A DNA stretch of 63,752 nt, filler included, from Octopus bimaculoides (GCF_001194135.2; 7 parts of 4 records of this genome joined end to end with filler, not necessarily neighbours in it); one strand, 5' to 3'. Shown: positions 39,444 through 52,588, numbered from the whole stretch's first letter. The notes: generated from the sequence alone by a model not told the origin. Translations and numbers: made by a program.

Positions 39444-39623
39444 AATATTGCTGTACGCACCGGACAGAGAGCTATTTTCTGACCAGTTCTTCAATGCTGC
39501 ATTCAATTCAGCCAAGAAGTATTCCATCGACTTTATTAATTTCGGAATTAGCGAAAACATATTGTCAACTTTTAACAAATCCAGCGAGCTCAAAACTACA
39601 TTCTCTTCGAATATATCTCTGCA
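39444..39623 (-). CDS. Putative internal exon of an antisense gene, Dbl-homology (RhoGEF)-like
   Basis: Minus-strand ttccctctccctatatttctag acceptor and gtaagtatg donor. Exactly 180 nt, open in phase 0: CRDIFEENVVLSSLDLLKVDNMFSLIPKLIKSMEYFLAELNAALKNWSENSSLSGAYSNI. The domain call is by-eye only. Confidence 0.55.
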
Positions 39624-39795
39624 CTAGAAATATAGGGAGAGGGAATACAAGTGATTGTACTACCAACGTCATATAAAAATATATGGTACGAGATCATAAT
39701 ATAAGGTGTAAGGTATTGCCAGAGAAGCGTGACTAGGGAATGGAGACTTCACATGGGTGCACAAAGTGTGGGGGTGGGAAATGCAGTGACTGGTG

Positions 39796-39826
<31 letters not shown>

Positions 39827-40317
39827 AAAGAGGTGAGGATCGAAATCCTTCGAAGGGATGTCAAACACCAAGTCTACCGGTACAATCCGAGCAGTCTTGT
39901 TTTAAATAGACACGACTCCTAGAATAATCACACATTATAAATTAGTAAGAGCACAATACCCATGTAATTCTAAAGTTAACGTTTTTCTTTATTAAGTTCT
40001 CGTTTTTTCTTGTACTACTGACGAGTACTCTTTGACAACTCAGATTCTTAAAATGAATTTATTGTCTTTCTGTACGAAACGATCGTCTAGCGAAGTGAAT
40101 AAATAGTTCATCCCATATTAACATCTAATCTCCACCAATAATGAAAAATATCATTGAATTTTTCGAACATCGTTCTATAACTAAAGTCATATACATAATA
40201 TATTTATATAACTTTTCATATCTACGCCATTTTACAGCAGTAAATCCAAAATAAAATATGAAGAATCAACGTTAGAAAACTTTTGGAAATTACTCCAATT
40301 AGAGAACGAAACCTCGT

Positions 40318-40616
40318 TTTCTACTATAACCTCGGGCCGACCAAAGCCTTGGGAGTGGATTTGGTAGACGGAAACTGAAAGAAGCCCGTCGTATATATGT
40401 ATATATGTGTGTTTGTGTGTCTGTGTTTATCCCCCCCCCCAACATCGCTTGACAACAGATGCTGGTGTGTTTACGTTCCCGTAACTTAGCGGTTCGGCAA
40501 AAGGGACTGATAGAATAAGTACTAGGCTTGTAAAGAATAAGTCATGAGGTTGATTTGTTCGACTAAAGGCGGTGCTCCAGCATGGCTGCAGTCAAATGAC
40601 TGAAACAAGTGAAAGA
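40318..40616 (+). mobile_element. SINE family A, 5'-truncated
   Basis: ctactataacctcgggccgacc...tail. Further A copies at about 11510-11690 (-), 47925-48100 (-), 50228-50650 (+) and 53950-54113 (+). Confidence 0.8.
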
Positions 40617-40794
40617 ACGTATATATATCTACGTATATATATGCAAACTTACACACACGCACACACACACGCACACTCACACACACACACACACNNNNNN
40701 NNNNNNNNNNNNNNNNNNNNNNNNNNNNNNNNNNNNNNTTAATTAATTAANNNNNNNNNNNNNNNNNNNNNNNNNNNNNNNNNNNNNNNNNNNN

Positions 40795-40990
40795 GTAGCA
40801 CTGTCTGCCATTTGTTCATTGAGTGCTCTATGTATTTTATGATAATTGGTGCCACCTTGTTTATGGCTAGTGTTTCCAGAATCCACGTGTGGGGAACACT
40901 GTCGAAAGCCTTTTGGTAGTCCACCCAGGCCATACTGAGGCCTTTCTTCTTTCTGCGGCTGTCTTCAGTTATGGCTTTATTGATCAATAA
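40795..40990 (-). mobile_element. R4/Dong-type RT fragment
   Basis: QLLINKAITED...LSMAWVDYQKAFDSVPHTWIL; abuts an (AAT)n tract at its 5' end. Confidence 0.85.
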
Positions 40991-40996
40991 TTGATC

Positions 40997-41031
<35 letters not shown>

Positions 41032-41054
41032 TAAATTTTCTTCTTACATTTTAG

Positions 41055-41239
41055 AAATAAAATGATCTACAGTTGGAGCAAAGTTGAAGGAGAATTCTCT
41101 GATCGAGTAATTTTAAATGATCTCAACCGAGTATTGCTGATAAAAGAAGCTAGGTGGGAAGACGAAGGACAATATAAATGTACTGTACAACATGGCCAAA
41201 TAATACAAGACGAGAAGGTATATTCCCTTCGCTTCCAAA
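41055..41239 (+). CDS. Cont: Contactin-like exon 1 in window (second half of Ig3), phase 2 in, phase 1 out
   Basis: ttcttacattttag|A acceptor and CAAA|gtgagt donor. Translation NKMIYSWSKVEGEFSDRVILNDLNRVLLIKEARWEDEGQYKCTVQHGQIIQDEKVYSLRFQ has the Ig core W and a DxGxYxC motif. Confidence 0.9.
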
Positions 41240-41519
41240 GTGAGTAGTATATAACATTCTTTTTATCTTTTTTTTTAATAGTTATATTTATCAAATTTAC
41301 TTTTAGATGTCTTAGTTATTGTTTCGTGTCCTATGCTAAGATGACTTGAAAATAAACAGATGAACTTTGGCTGAATTGCTAATTCATTAGGACGCGTTAT
41401 CATGAATCAATTTTTTTTACTTAATTTCAGCTGATATGAAAGAGGTGTTTACCATAACTTCATTACACTTAAGCAAGAAATTATTTGATTTAAACTGAAT
41501 CTTTTTTTCTGATGGAATA

Positions 41520-41810
41520 CGAAACTTTTTTCCTTTGTCAAATCCATACTTGTTGCAAAGTGTCCAATGGACAAGCCTTGCTATTTTGTCGTGGCGTTTC
41601 TTATATTCTTTCTGGGCTAGTGGCGTACATTGGCTGGTAATATGCCATACGGTTTCACCATTTTGTCCACAGATTCTGCACTTATCACTTTCTGGTGTGT
41701 TGTCTACTCTGTATTTTATGAAATTTGTTCTTAGTGCTTGCTCTTGAGCAGCATAGATTAGAGCCTCCGTTCCGATTTTAAATCATTTTTAGTAATCCAC
41801 AGCCATCTTT
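41520..41810 (-). mobile_element. R4/Dong-type post-RT/CCHC fragment
   Basis: Minus frame EALIYAAQEQALRTNFIKYRVD...KCRICGQNGETVWHITSQCTPLAQKEYKKRHDKIARLVHW. Confidence 0.85.
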
Positions 41811-42287
41811 TTTCTCTGTCTGACTTATCTTCATTCTTTTCTTTACCCCTCTATTTTCAGTTTCATTCGTTTTCAATTGTTTGTACAGGTTTTATCTTCG
41901 CAATCTTTCATCCTACACAAGCCTTTTTTTTTTTTTTTTTTTTTTTTTTGACTAGTATTATCGACTCTGATAAGTGAAAGCAAAGTTTTCTTCGGAAGAA
42001 TTTGAACACAGAATGTAAAGAACCGAAACGAATAATGCTCTAACGATTCTGCCAATCAATCAACCGTCCTAACAGCAATAAATATAATATAACTATATTC
42101 AATACAAGTACAAATCCGAAAATTTGGGGCGAAAAGGATTAATAGATTAAATCGGTCCCAGCACTTCGTTGGTGCTTTATTTTATCGGCCCTGGAAGGAC
42201 GAAAGATAAAGCTGGTCCCGACAAGATTTTAACTTAGAATTTGAACAAAAGTTGCAAGCCATTTTATCGGACGTTTAATAATTCTGC

Positions 42288-42588
42288 CTATCCACGATCC
42301 CTCACAAGAATGAATACAATAATCATTAATAATAAATTGTTTCCAATTTAAATACCAGAAATTTTGAAGGAACACTGTTAGTCTATACAATCTACCCCGG
42401 TATTTTGTTGAAACCTTATTTTATTGACCCCGCTCCAGAGGGATGAAAGGCAGAGTTCATCTCGGGGGGAACTAAACTCAAAAGGTAAAGAGCTGTAACA
42501 GTGTTCCTTCAAAATTTCTGGTATTTAAATTGGAAACAATTTATTATTAATAATTATTGTATTCATTCTTGTGAGGGATCGTGAATAG
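42288..42588. repeat. 93-bp near-perfect inverted duplication
   Basis: 42288-42380 versus 42496-42588, 2 mismatches, 115-bp spacer. Confidence 0.95.
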
Positions 42589-42678
42589 CCTTTTTTTTAC
42601 CGATGCTTTAGTGATTTTGTCAATCCACCGCCCTTACAAAAATAAATATAATTATAGTTGTAATATTCTCTTTTGTAG

Positions 42679-42948
42679 GTAAACCAATAATGACTATGCC
42701 TCTAAAGCCTCAGTTTGTTGATATTGATTCCAAAGTAGTATGGCACTGTGAAGCCTTCAGTAAGCCAAATCCTTCTTATACTTGGTACAAGAACGGAATC
42801 CTTCTTCTTTCTTCAGAAGATGTAGTTATATCAGCCAATATACTTATTATTAATGTTGCCAAAAAAGGACATCACGATGGAATGTACCAGTGTGTTGCTT
42901 CAAATAAATATGGCGAAACATACAGTTCAGCACAACTGTCGGTATTAG
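42679..42948 (+). CDS. Cont: Contactin-like exon (Ig4), phase 1/1
   Basis: ctcttttgtag acceptor and gtaagg donor. SKPIMTMPLKPQFVDIDSKVVWHCEAFSKPNPSYTWYKNG...HDGMYQCVASNKYGETYSSAQLSVL is a complete I-set Ig domain. Confidence 0.95.
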
Positions 42949-43075
42949 GTAAGGCCACATTTTATATATTTCGAAATGACTACTTCTATTTATATAGCTC
43001 GTTATCTCTATTATTTGGCAGTTCATCAAAAGTTACTATTGTAGATGTGGTGACACTACTGGAGACAAGCCTTTG

Positions 43076-43125
<50 letters not shown>

Positions 43126-43540
43126 CATCATCATCATCATCATCATTATTATTACTATTATACATGTCACTGCCTGGAATCGAACTCGGAATCTTGGGGT
43201 TAACAACAAACAAGATGAGGACAAATATCCGTCAAATGTTAATAATGCAAATAATATCATCGACAATAGTTCTTGAAAAGTACCAACTTTTCTTTTAATC
43301 AAAACCGAAAGAATAAAAGGCAAAGTTTATCTCAGAGTCCAAACCCCGCCGAGTTTAACTTCGCTTTTCATGCATCCGGAGTCGATTAAATAAAGTCCAG
43401 TACAAGGAACAATGATACCGACAAGTTACATCCACATAAATTTGCTGGCTTTTTGCCTAAATCAGATGCCATTATTATTGTTGTTGTTGTTATTGTTATT
43501 GTTGACATTATTGATAATGAGCATCATCATTTGTTTTCAG

Positions 43541-43828
43541 CTTTCAAACCCAATTTCCTCCGAAGTAAAGCGTTAACAAATATAAAAGGTGCCATGGGCG
43601 GCAATATTACACTTCTGTGTGAGGCAGAAGGAGCTCCTCAGCCAAATATAACATGGAAACAGAACGGCAAAGAAATAATGAACCATCTTACTGCTTCACG
43701 AATACAACAACTGCCAAATGGTTATTTGCGCATCCAGAAACTTAATGCAAACGACCAAGGAATATATTCGTGCACGGCTAGCAACAAATACGGACAGGCA
43801 GATTTGACTTTTAACATAATCGCTACAG
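43541..43828 (+). CDS. Cont: Contactin-like exon (Ig5), phase 1/1
   Basis: ttgttttcag acceptor and gtatga donor. AFKPNFLRSKALTNIKGAMGGNITLLCEAEGAPQPNITWKQNG...DQGIYSCTASNKYGQADLTFNIIAT. Confidence 0.95.
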
Positions 43829-44524
43829 GTATGAGTTTCTTTTTCGATTACCTTATGTTTAGTGGTGTCAGAATTTTAAAATAATTATCAAATATTATTT
43901 TGTTGATGATGATGAACTTCAACTCGATCAGGCCTGTATTCTAAAGCATTCCAACCGTGACGATCCCGTCATTTTAGTCGCTTTATTTATGATGTCCCTT
44001 CGCTATTCATGTAAGCAAGATGTGATTTGAGGGAGGTTTCACTTCTAATTTTAGCAGCTAGCACAGCCACACTTTGACTTGTTAGTGCAAAACAATCCAG
44101 CTGATATATTTTAATTTACGTTTGTAACATAGACAGATACGTGGATGGAAGGATGGATGGATGGATGGATGGATGGATGGATGGATGGATGGATGGATGG
44201 ATGGATGGATAGATGGATGGCTAGATGGATGGGCGGATGGGTATTGATAAATAGATGCATGAATGGATTTTAATATTTCGCTTTGGCAAAGGGATACTAA
44301 AAGCCCGGTGTTAGAATTCAATATGCATATACTTCAGAATAAAGCATTAGCCGAGTACAATGCCTAATATGAAATTAAATAAATGGCAAAAGAACAGGAA
44401 ATTATGCAAAACTGAGTAACTGTGCACCTTTGTGTAGTTTCCACGGAACTAGCAGAAAAAACTGAAAGCTAATGAAATACATTCTATAATTACCTGTTCT
44501 GTTGCAATTTATTTAATGTGTATG

Positions 44525-44618
<94 letters not shown>

Positions 44619-47600
44619 TCTGTGTGTGTCTGTGTCTGTGTCTGTGTGTGTGTACGTATGTATGTATTTGTAATATTTATGTAACATATGGTATAATCAT
44701 AAACGCGGCAAATTTTAGCCATTTCTCCGCAGACTGAAAACAAAAATGAGGAACAACCTTAATCGATTTTCGAACCTTATTGGGTTCTCATCAGAGGCGT
44801 CTACATCATTCTGACAGTCTAGGTATAAGTATACATCATCAAATTTAGAAAGTTCGAGAAAACCTGTTTTTATATATAAATATATATGTATACTGGTCAT
44901 ACATAAGTATATACGAATTTTATTTATAAATTTACAGATTCATATCTGTATTTACTTTTCGTCATAAGTCTTTTAAAATAAATTTCTTATATTCAATAAT
45001 TGTAACGTACCATTGTTTTGAAAAGTCGAAGTATTTCGGGAAGAGAAACAGAGAGTGAGAGAGAGAGGGGGACGAGGAAGGGAAACCGTGAAGCATGGCC
45101 ACAGTCTTGGGGCTGAAACGTATAAAAGAATGAAAGAATATAAATAATATAATATTTATCCCCACTTAAAGGTATGTTCTATTAGAACAGATTATACAGC
45201 GGTAGTTATCATGAAAGAAACTATCATATTGGCTTTTGGTGCAAAAAGTGCCTGCGTTTATATCTAAAGTCTGCTTATGCCTACACACCGCTTGGTGCTG
45301 ATACTGCAGTAGTTTTCTGATCTGGCAGTCTAATGGCGCAGTTCGGTCAATATTGTTGAGTATGTTTTAATTAAAGTTGAGGCTTTTAATTAAGTCTGCT
45401 CAGAGTTGCCTCTCTTCGGTCTTTCCCATTCATAACGGCTAAAGAGCTAGAAACGCGTCTGGGAATCTGACATGGAGCAACGGTGGGAAAATATGGTGTC
45501 TTTACAACTTTTTACTGTAACAGGGTGCTTTTCTCCATGGGAACCGTAATTTGCCACTAGAAGCTGAAATATGTCACAAGCATTTTAACTAACGTAAAGT
45601 TCGAATATATATGTGTATGTATATATATNNNNNNNNNNNNNNNNNNNNNNNNNNNNNNNNNNNNNNNNNNNNNNNNNNNNNNNNNNNNNNNNNNNNNNNN
45701 NNNNNNNNNNNNNNNNNNNNNNNNNNNNNNNNNNNNNNNNNNNNNNNNNNNNNNNNNNNNNNNNNNNNNNNNNNNNNNNNNNNNNNNNNNNNNNNNNNNN
45801 NNNNNNNNNNNNNNNNNNNNNNNNNNNNNNNNNNNNNNNNNNNNNNNNNNNNNNNNNNNNNNNNNNNNNNNNNNNNNNNNNNNNNNNNNNNNNNNNNNNN
45901 NNNNNNNNNNNNNNNNNNNNNNNNNNNNNNNNNNNNNNNNNNNNNNNNNNNNNNNNNNNNNNNNNNNNNNNNNNNNNNNNNNNNNNNNNNNNNNNNNNNN
46001 NNNNNNNNNNNNNNNNNNNNNNNNNNNNNNNNNNNNNNNNNNNNNNNNNNNNNNNNNNNNNNNNNNNNNNNNNNNNNNNNNNNNNNNNNNNNNNNNNNNN
46101 NNNNNNNNNNNNNNNNNNNNNNNNNNNNNNNNNNNNNNNNNNNNNNNNNNNNNNNNNNNNNNNNNNNNNNNNNNNNNNNNNNNNNNNNNNNNNNNNNNNN
46201 NNNNNNNNNNNNNNNNNNNNNNNNNNNNNNNNNNNNNNNNNNNNNNNNNNNNNNNNNNNNNNNNNNNNNNNNNNNNNNNNNNNNNNNNNNNNNNNNNNNN
46301 NNNNNNNNNNNNNNNNNNNNNNNNNNNNNNNNNNNNNNNNNNNNNNNNNNNNNNNNNNNNNNNNNNNNNNNNNNNNNNNNNNNNNNNNNNNNNNNNNNNN
46401 NNNNNNNNNNNNNNNNNNNNNNNNNNNNNNNNNNNNNNNNNNNNNNNNNNNNNNNNNNNNNNNNNNNNNNNNNNNNNNNNNNNNNNNNNNTATATATATA
46501 TATATATATATATGGGAATCTAAATTGATGATGACAACAAAAGCCGTTATGACAACGACGACAAGACCAGAAAACGAGAAGGAGAAGGATATTCAAGTAG
46601 AAGACGCGGAAAGGGAAAGAAGAGCAAAAAGCGGAGGGAGGTGGAGGGGGAAAGAAATAGAGGAAATGGAAGAGATTGATTGTCACCTCCGATCAATTAT
46701 GGCCTGGTGTCGAGTGGACACCTTTTCGCGTGATTAATTGAAACCTGTCAAGACAATGACAACAGGTACATGTTTCCATTTGAACTGTCACCATCACATT
46801 GTCCATTCTCGTTTGAGTTGGCAGGTACCAATGCCTTAGATTCAACGTTCGTCCTGGTTTTTAGAATGTCTATTGATTCTGCTGCTTTCAGCGATGTATA
46901 ATTTATGTATGTTTTTGCTAACTTACAGTGTAGTATTCAAATTCTCCTGTGGACACAGGGAAAAAGCATTATGGAATCGTTTCTGTGCTATATATTCTGT
47001 CACTAAGCTGAGTACATGCACGCGCGCTTTTATGAGACAGCCAGTGTACACGAAAAATTACATTGCTGATATAAATTATTTGGATATTACTTCGGAAAAA
47101 CGGAAACCCTAAGGCAATATGCGTCAAAATTTTTTGTACAAGAAATGTTTTTGTACACATAGTCTATCAAAACGGGTTACCTTTCATTTTTATCTTGGTC
47201 CTGATTCGAGCTGACGGTGATGATTATGTAGCAGTTACGTATAACATTAAATGTTGTTGCTGTTACTTGACCTTAGGTACACTCTAAATGAGTAGACTAA
47301 ATTATCATATGGAAGTCAACTTTGCCTTGAAATCATTGTATTATGTGATTTTTACCTTGTTTAAAACAATAGGGTGAGATTTGAGAGAGATTTTGTTCTC
47401 ATTTTTAGCTTGTCCATCGACCACATAGATGTGTTCGTACATACATTTGTTCGTAAATTAAATATATGTAACATATCTAGGTTTATGTCATTTTGTATTA
47501 CAATAAATTCCTTCACATACATAACATGTGAACAAACGAGGACCTGCCTCCTCAATTAAGAAACTTCACATCTATATTCATCTAGAGTACGATCGGTCAC

Positions 47601-49049
47601 TGGCCGACTGAGAGATTTGAAATACTTTATGTTATCTTAGTTGAAAAAAATCCACGGTTGGTCAAGTTTAGAAGTGTTTCAAATTTCTAATTCAAGAATT
47701 TATAACTTAAGTCTCATTACTTGTGCTTCGTTCGTTGTAACCTTAACTAATTCATTGAACTGTCAATAAATGCACTGCCACCTAACTGTGATTTTCTTCA
47801 GTCTGTATTAACAACTCAACACTATAAACGACAAGAGAATAGTACAACTCGTGAGTGTTTTGTTATTCTGCAGTGCTAGGTTCAGATCACCTTTTAGATG
47901 TTAGTTAGGGATACACTTTTTTTAATTCTTTACTTGTTTCAGTAACTGGATTGCAAACAAAGCTGGAGCAGCGTTCTGTGGTGTTAGTCGAATAAATCAA
48001 CACCAGTATTTATTATAATGCACTCTTTGCCGAACTGATTAGTCAGTCACTAGTATGTGAAAAAAACTAATACCGGTTTTCAAGCGGTGGAGGCACAGAC
48101 ACAAGGACGCATACATACATACATACATATATACATACATATAATACACACATATACATACACATGCATATATACAAATACATACATTTTTCTACATACA
48201 TATATATCTATCTTCTATATTATTGTGGAGAAAGCTGTTTATTAATTAGGTATGTAACAGTTACTAAACGTACTAAAAGAAAACAATTATGAAAGGCTTG
48301 ACCGTCCGGAAATTTTATATGAATTTACGTTGCAAGAAATTTCCTATAATTTCGATTTCTGAATTTTATTGAATTTTTGAGCTCCAATTTTTCACAAATT
48401 CAAATACTCATTGCATTCAGGGCGGAGTAGATTTTAATGTTTAATAAATTTCAACAACATCAGCAGGGTATTTTTGCATGTATTTGAGTATATGTGCAAT
48501 ATTTAGAGTTAGTGCATGTACATATTTGCATGTTTTGTTTTATGTATGTCTTCTCATGCATATAACTGTACGAGTAGACATGCGCATATGTACTTAAATG
48601 ATAAACGTCTGGAAAGTTTTACAAATTTTTACAATTCCAGTGATGACATGGATTTGTAGCCTTCGAATCAGCATTCTCCTATCAGGTTTTGAAAAACCCA
48701 AATTTTTCAAAATTGGTACTTAGGCAGTGTGTTGTATATCCCAGTATGTATGTATGTATGTATGTATGTATGTATGTATGTATGTATTACAAAAAATAAT
48801 ACTGATTACGTAAAAATGAAAGCTACAGGTGGTACGATAGCATTCAAATAGTTAGGGATCAAATATACTAACCTTCCCATTAAAACTATATTTCACCAAT
48901 TGTACTTCGTTACCATAATATTATAATGTATTCGCAATTACCAAACATTTAGCCACACTGATCTATAAAAAGTATTTATATATTTGATCAAAGATTTCTT
49001 CATAAAATATTATTTTGTTTTTTTTTGTTTTGTTTTTTATGTATTTCAG

Positions 49050-49213
49050 AGGCATTAGTTATAACTGCAAAGCCGCAAAACACAGAAGTTAATGTAAACG
49101 AAACGGCAACTCTGCGTTGTGATGCGTCGTATAACCCCGATATAGATACAATACATGAATGGTTCTTCAATGACATCAAAATAGACTTTGAGAATAATCA
49201 ACATTTCAGCTTG
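49050..49213 (+). CDS. Cont: Contactin-like exon (first half of Ig6), phase 1/0
   Basis: gtatttcag acceptor and gtaatt donor. EALVITAKPQNTEVNVNETATLRCDASYNPDIDTIHEWFFNDIKIDFENNQHFSL matches the contactin Ig6 pattern (C..S.D/N.....W.FN..ID). Confidence 0.92.
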
Positions 49214-50378
49214 GTAATTTATTTTAACATAGTTATGACGTAATTGCTTCACTCCGCTTTTCTACAAAATGTCTGGTGTGAAAACCGGTCATATTGAATA
49301 TTCTACAATCACGTGACCTCGTTTTTTTTTTATACAGTACGACGCAGCATGAACTANNNNNNNNNNNNNNNNNNNNNNNNNNNNNNNNNNNNNNNNNNNN
49401 NNNNNNNNNNNNNNNNNNNNNNNNNNNNNNNNNNNNNNNNNNNNNNNNNNNNNNNNNNNNNNNNNNNNNNNNNNNNNNNNNNNNNNNNNNNNNNNNNNNN
49501 NNNNNNNNNNNNNNNNNNNNNNNNNNNNNNNNNNNNNNNNNNNNNNNNNNNNNNNNNNNNNNNNNNNNNNNNNNNNNNNNNNNNNNNNNNNNNNNNNNNN
49601 NNNNNNNNNNNNNNNNNNNNNNNNNNNNNNNNNNNNNNNNNNNNNNNNNNNNNNNNNNNNNNNNNNNNNNNNNNNNNNNNNNNNNNNNNNNNNNNNNNNN
49701 NNNNNNCGAAAAGTAAATAGTAAAAGATAAAAAGATAAAAGATAATTGACAACACCAATAAATAAAAATTGAATATTTCCCTAATTCTAGATTATTTTCA
49801 GAAAAATAAATTGCTTGCTCGGATTAAGTCAGTCATTGTTTTAAGTTTTGCTGCGAAAAATAGAATTTATACTTATTTATATCCAAAATTTAATAAGCAA
49901 TTCCTCTGTATTAATATATTTATGTGCGTGTGCGTGTGTGTGTGCTTATACGTATGTATGTATGTATGAGTCTATGTATTCGTGTATGTGAGTGTATGTT
50001 TGCATGTATGATGTATGTATATTTGTGTGTGTATATTAATCCTTTTAAGAGTACTGTCAATAGTAATTTATATATACTAATTCACATAATTTGTTTAAAC
50101 TGTTCACAAAGATTTCTTATTTTCAGAATACCTTAATTTCATCTTTTTCTTAACAATCCAAAGTAATTTTAATGTCTGATAGGCCTAGCGATTGCTCAGA
50201 CGACATTACCGTCGTGAATTCATAAGATTTGGAGAGGAGTGGCTGTGTGGTTGTAATGCTTGCTTCCCAACCATGTGGCCTGAGGTTCAGTCCGACTTCG
50301 CAGTGCCTTGGTCAAGTGTTATTTACTATAGTCCCCAGCTAAAATCTTGGATTTAGTTGTTGAAAACTTAATGAACCC

Positions 50379-50433
<55 letters not shown>

Positions 50434-51199
50434 ATATGTATATGAATGTATTTGTGTTTGTTTCCCATCACCGCTTGACAACCGATTTTGACTTTGTTTA
50501 CGTCCCGTGTAAATTAGCGCTTCGGCAAAAGAAACCTATAGAAGTAGTAGCAGTCTTAAAATATAAATTTTAGGGGCGATTCTTTCTATCAAACCCGTCA
50601 AGACGGTGCCCTAGCATGGCCACAGTCCAATGACTGAAAGAAAGATATAAGATAAAATAATCGATGCCACTACTTTCGATGAATGGACCAAAGCATTCCG
50701 ATCAATATATTTTCACTCAGGGGTTAAACTTGTCAATGCAGTTAATCACTTCTGTATTCATCCAGGTTAGATAGATCGTGGAGGTGCATGGTTTAGTGGT
50801 TAGAGTCTTCGGCACACGATCGTAAGGTCGCGAGTTCGATTCTCGGTGGTGTGTTGTGGTCTTGAGCAAGACACTTTATTTCACGTTGCTCCAGTTCACT
50901 CTGCTGGCAAAAATTAATAGCACCTGTATTTCAAAGGGCCAGCCTTGTCACATTCTGTGTCACTCTGAATCTCCCAGAGAACTACGTTAAGTGCATGTGT
51001 ATCTGTGGAACGCTCGGCCACTTACACGTTAATTTCACGAGCAGGCTGTTCCGTTGATCGGATCAGCTGGAACCCTCGTCGTCGTCAGCGACGGAGTGCC
51101 ATTTAGTTAGATAGATTGAACTTTTGCCACAGTCTTTTGTAATCCCACCTTTTAGTAATATCCCTTCTCTCATCTGTTTAGACACGATCATTACATTGA

Positions 51200-52060
51200 C
51201 TATGACAGATTGATTCTATGTTTATCCACTTAGGTCCAAGCTTCTTCAGCTCTGTAATTAATGCAACTTCGGATAGTTTTACACGCAACTTTCTATTAAG
51301 ATGTTTCTGCACATGCTCTGTTAGATTAGAGCCGGGGTTTTGAGCAACTACATTCATGGATTTGATTCTTGGAATTCTTTTTCAGGTTTGTAAGACTTCA
51401 CTTGGTTGGTATAGAACTCCTTCTTCTGGAAAAAAAATGTTGAACTTAATAATTCCTACAGTAGGATTGATGAAGTATTGGCCTTTTTTTTAGTATTTCT
51501 CACTATATGGAGCTATTTAAATAATTTTCAACATAAATACCCTCTGATCTGTTTCTCAAACTGGTTCTTCATCACGCAGTAACTCCAACTCATCCATGTT
51601 TAGCTGTTCCTTGCAAAGAATATGGCTATTATGTTTCACCCATGCTGTCCCTTGATTTTGAACTTTAGAAAATTTGCTTTCGTCAGACTAAATGATTGAC
51701 AACCAAAATTCGTCCTCCTTATTGCAAAACTCCTAAGCCAAACTGAATATTTCAGTAACATTAGCTTTGAAACAATCGGTTTCTTTTTTGTAACTCTTTG
51801 TTCATATCCAAGACCTTTCATCACTGTTCTTATGCAACATGATGACCTATCCATAGAATTTGCAACCACTCTAACGTTGATGTATAAAAACTCCCTGTTA
51901 ACTGCTCTTTTTTGCTCTCTCAGAAACTTTCTACCACCTCCCCGATCTCTTCCTAACTCACCAATGTTCTTCCTTAATCTACCACTTGATTATCTTATTC
52001 ACTGTGAGAATATTTATACCAAAAAATCGAGGTGTTTTTCGATTGGACAATCGACATAGA
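51200..52060 (-). mobile_element. Degenerate Tc1-like transposon remnant
   Basis: Fragmentary frames (RTVMKGLGYEQRVTKKKPIVS...); boundaries approximate. Confidence 0.5.
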
Positions 52061-52588
52061 TATCAGCTGATGATTTGCCTGCATTTAGATTTATCGATAT
52101 ATGTTTTCTCAAATGGTTTTAAATGTTGTCATTCATAAAGTTAAAGTTAAAATTAATCCAAAACAATAAAATTCATCTATTTGCAAAGAAAGAAGCAAAT
52201 AATTAGAACGCGTTAGCAGCTGGTTAAACACTTTTCATATATGTATGCATATATGTCTGTGTGTATGTGTACATATACATACTCATATGTATAGATGTGT
52301 GTATTTATGTTTACATGTACGCACTCATACATATACATATGCATAAGTATGTATGTATGGATGGATGGATGGACGGACGGACGGACGGACGGACGGATGG
52401 TTGGATGGATGGATGGATGGATGTTTATTTGTACATTGCAGCCGACTTATCTATCAGCTTATCAGCCTAACACTGCTGTTAATTAATCCACTTAGACCAA
52501 TTAAATTTTCCATACAATCATTTTGTTTATGAATAATAATAAAAAATAATCAATTGATGTTGAAAATAATTTTTGTTATTATATATAG

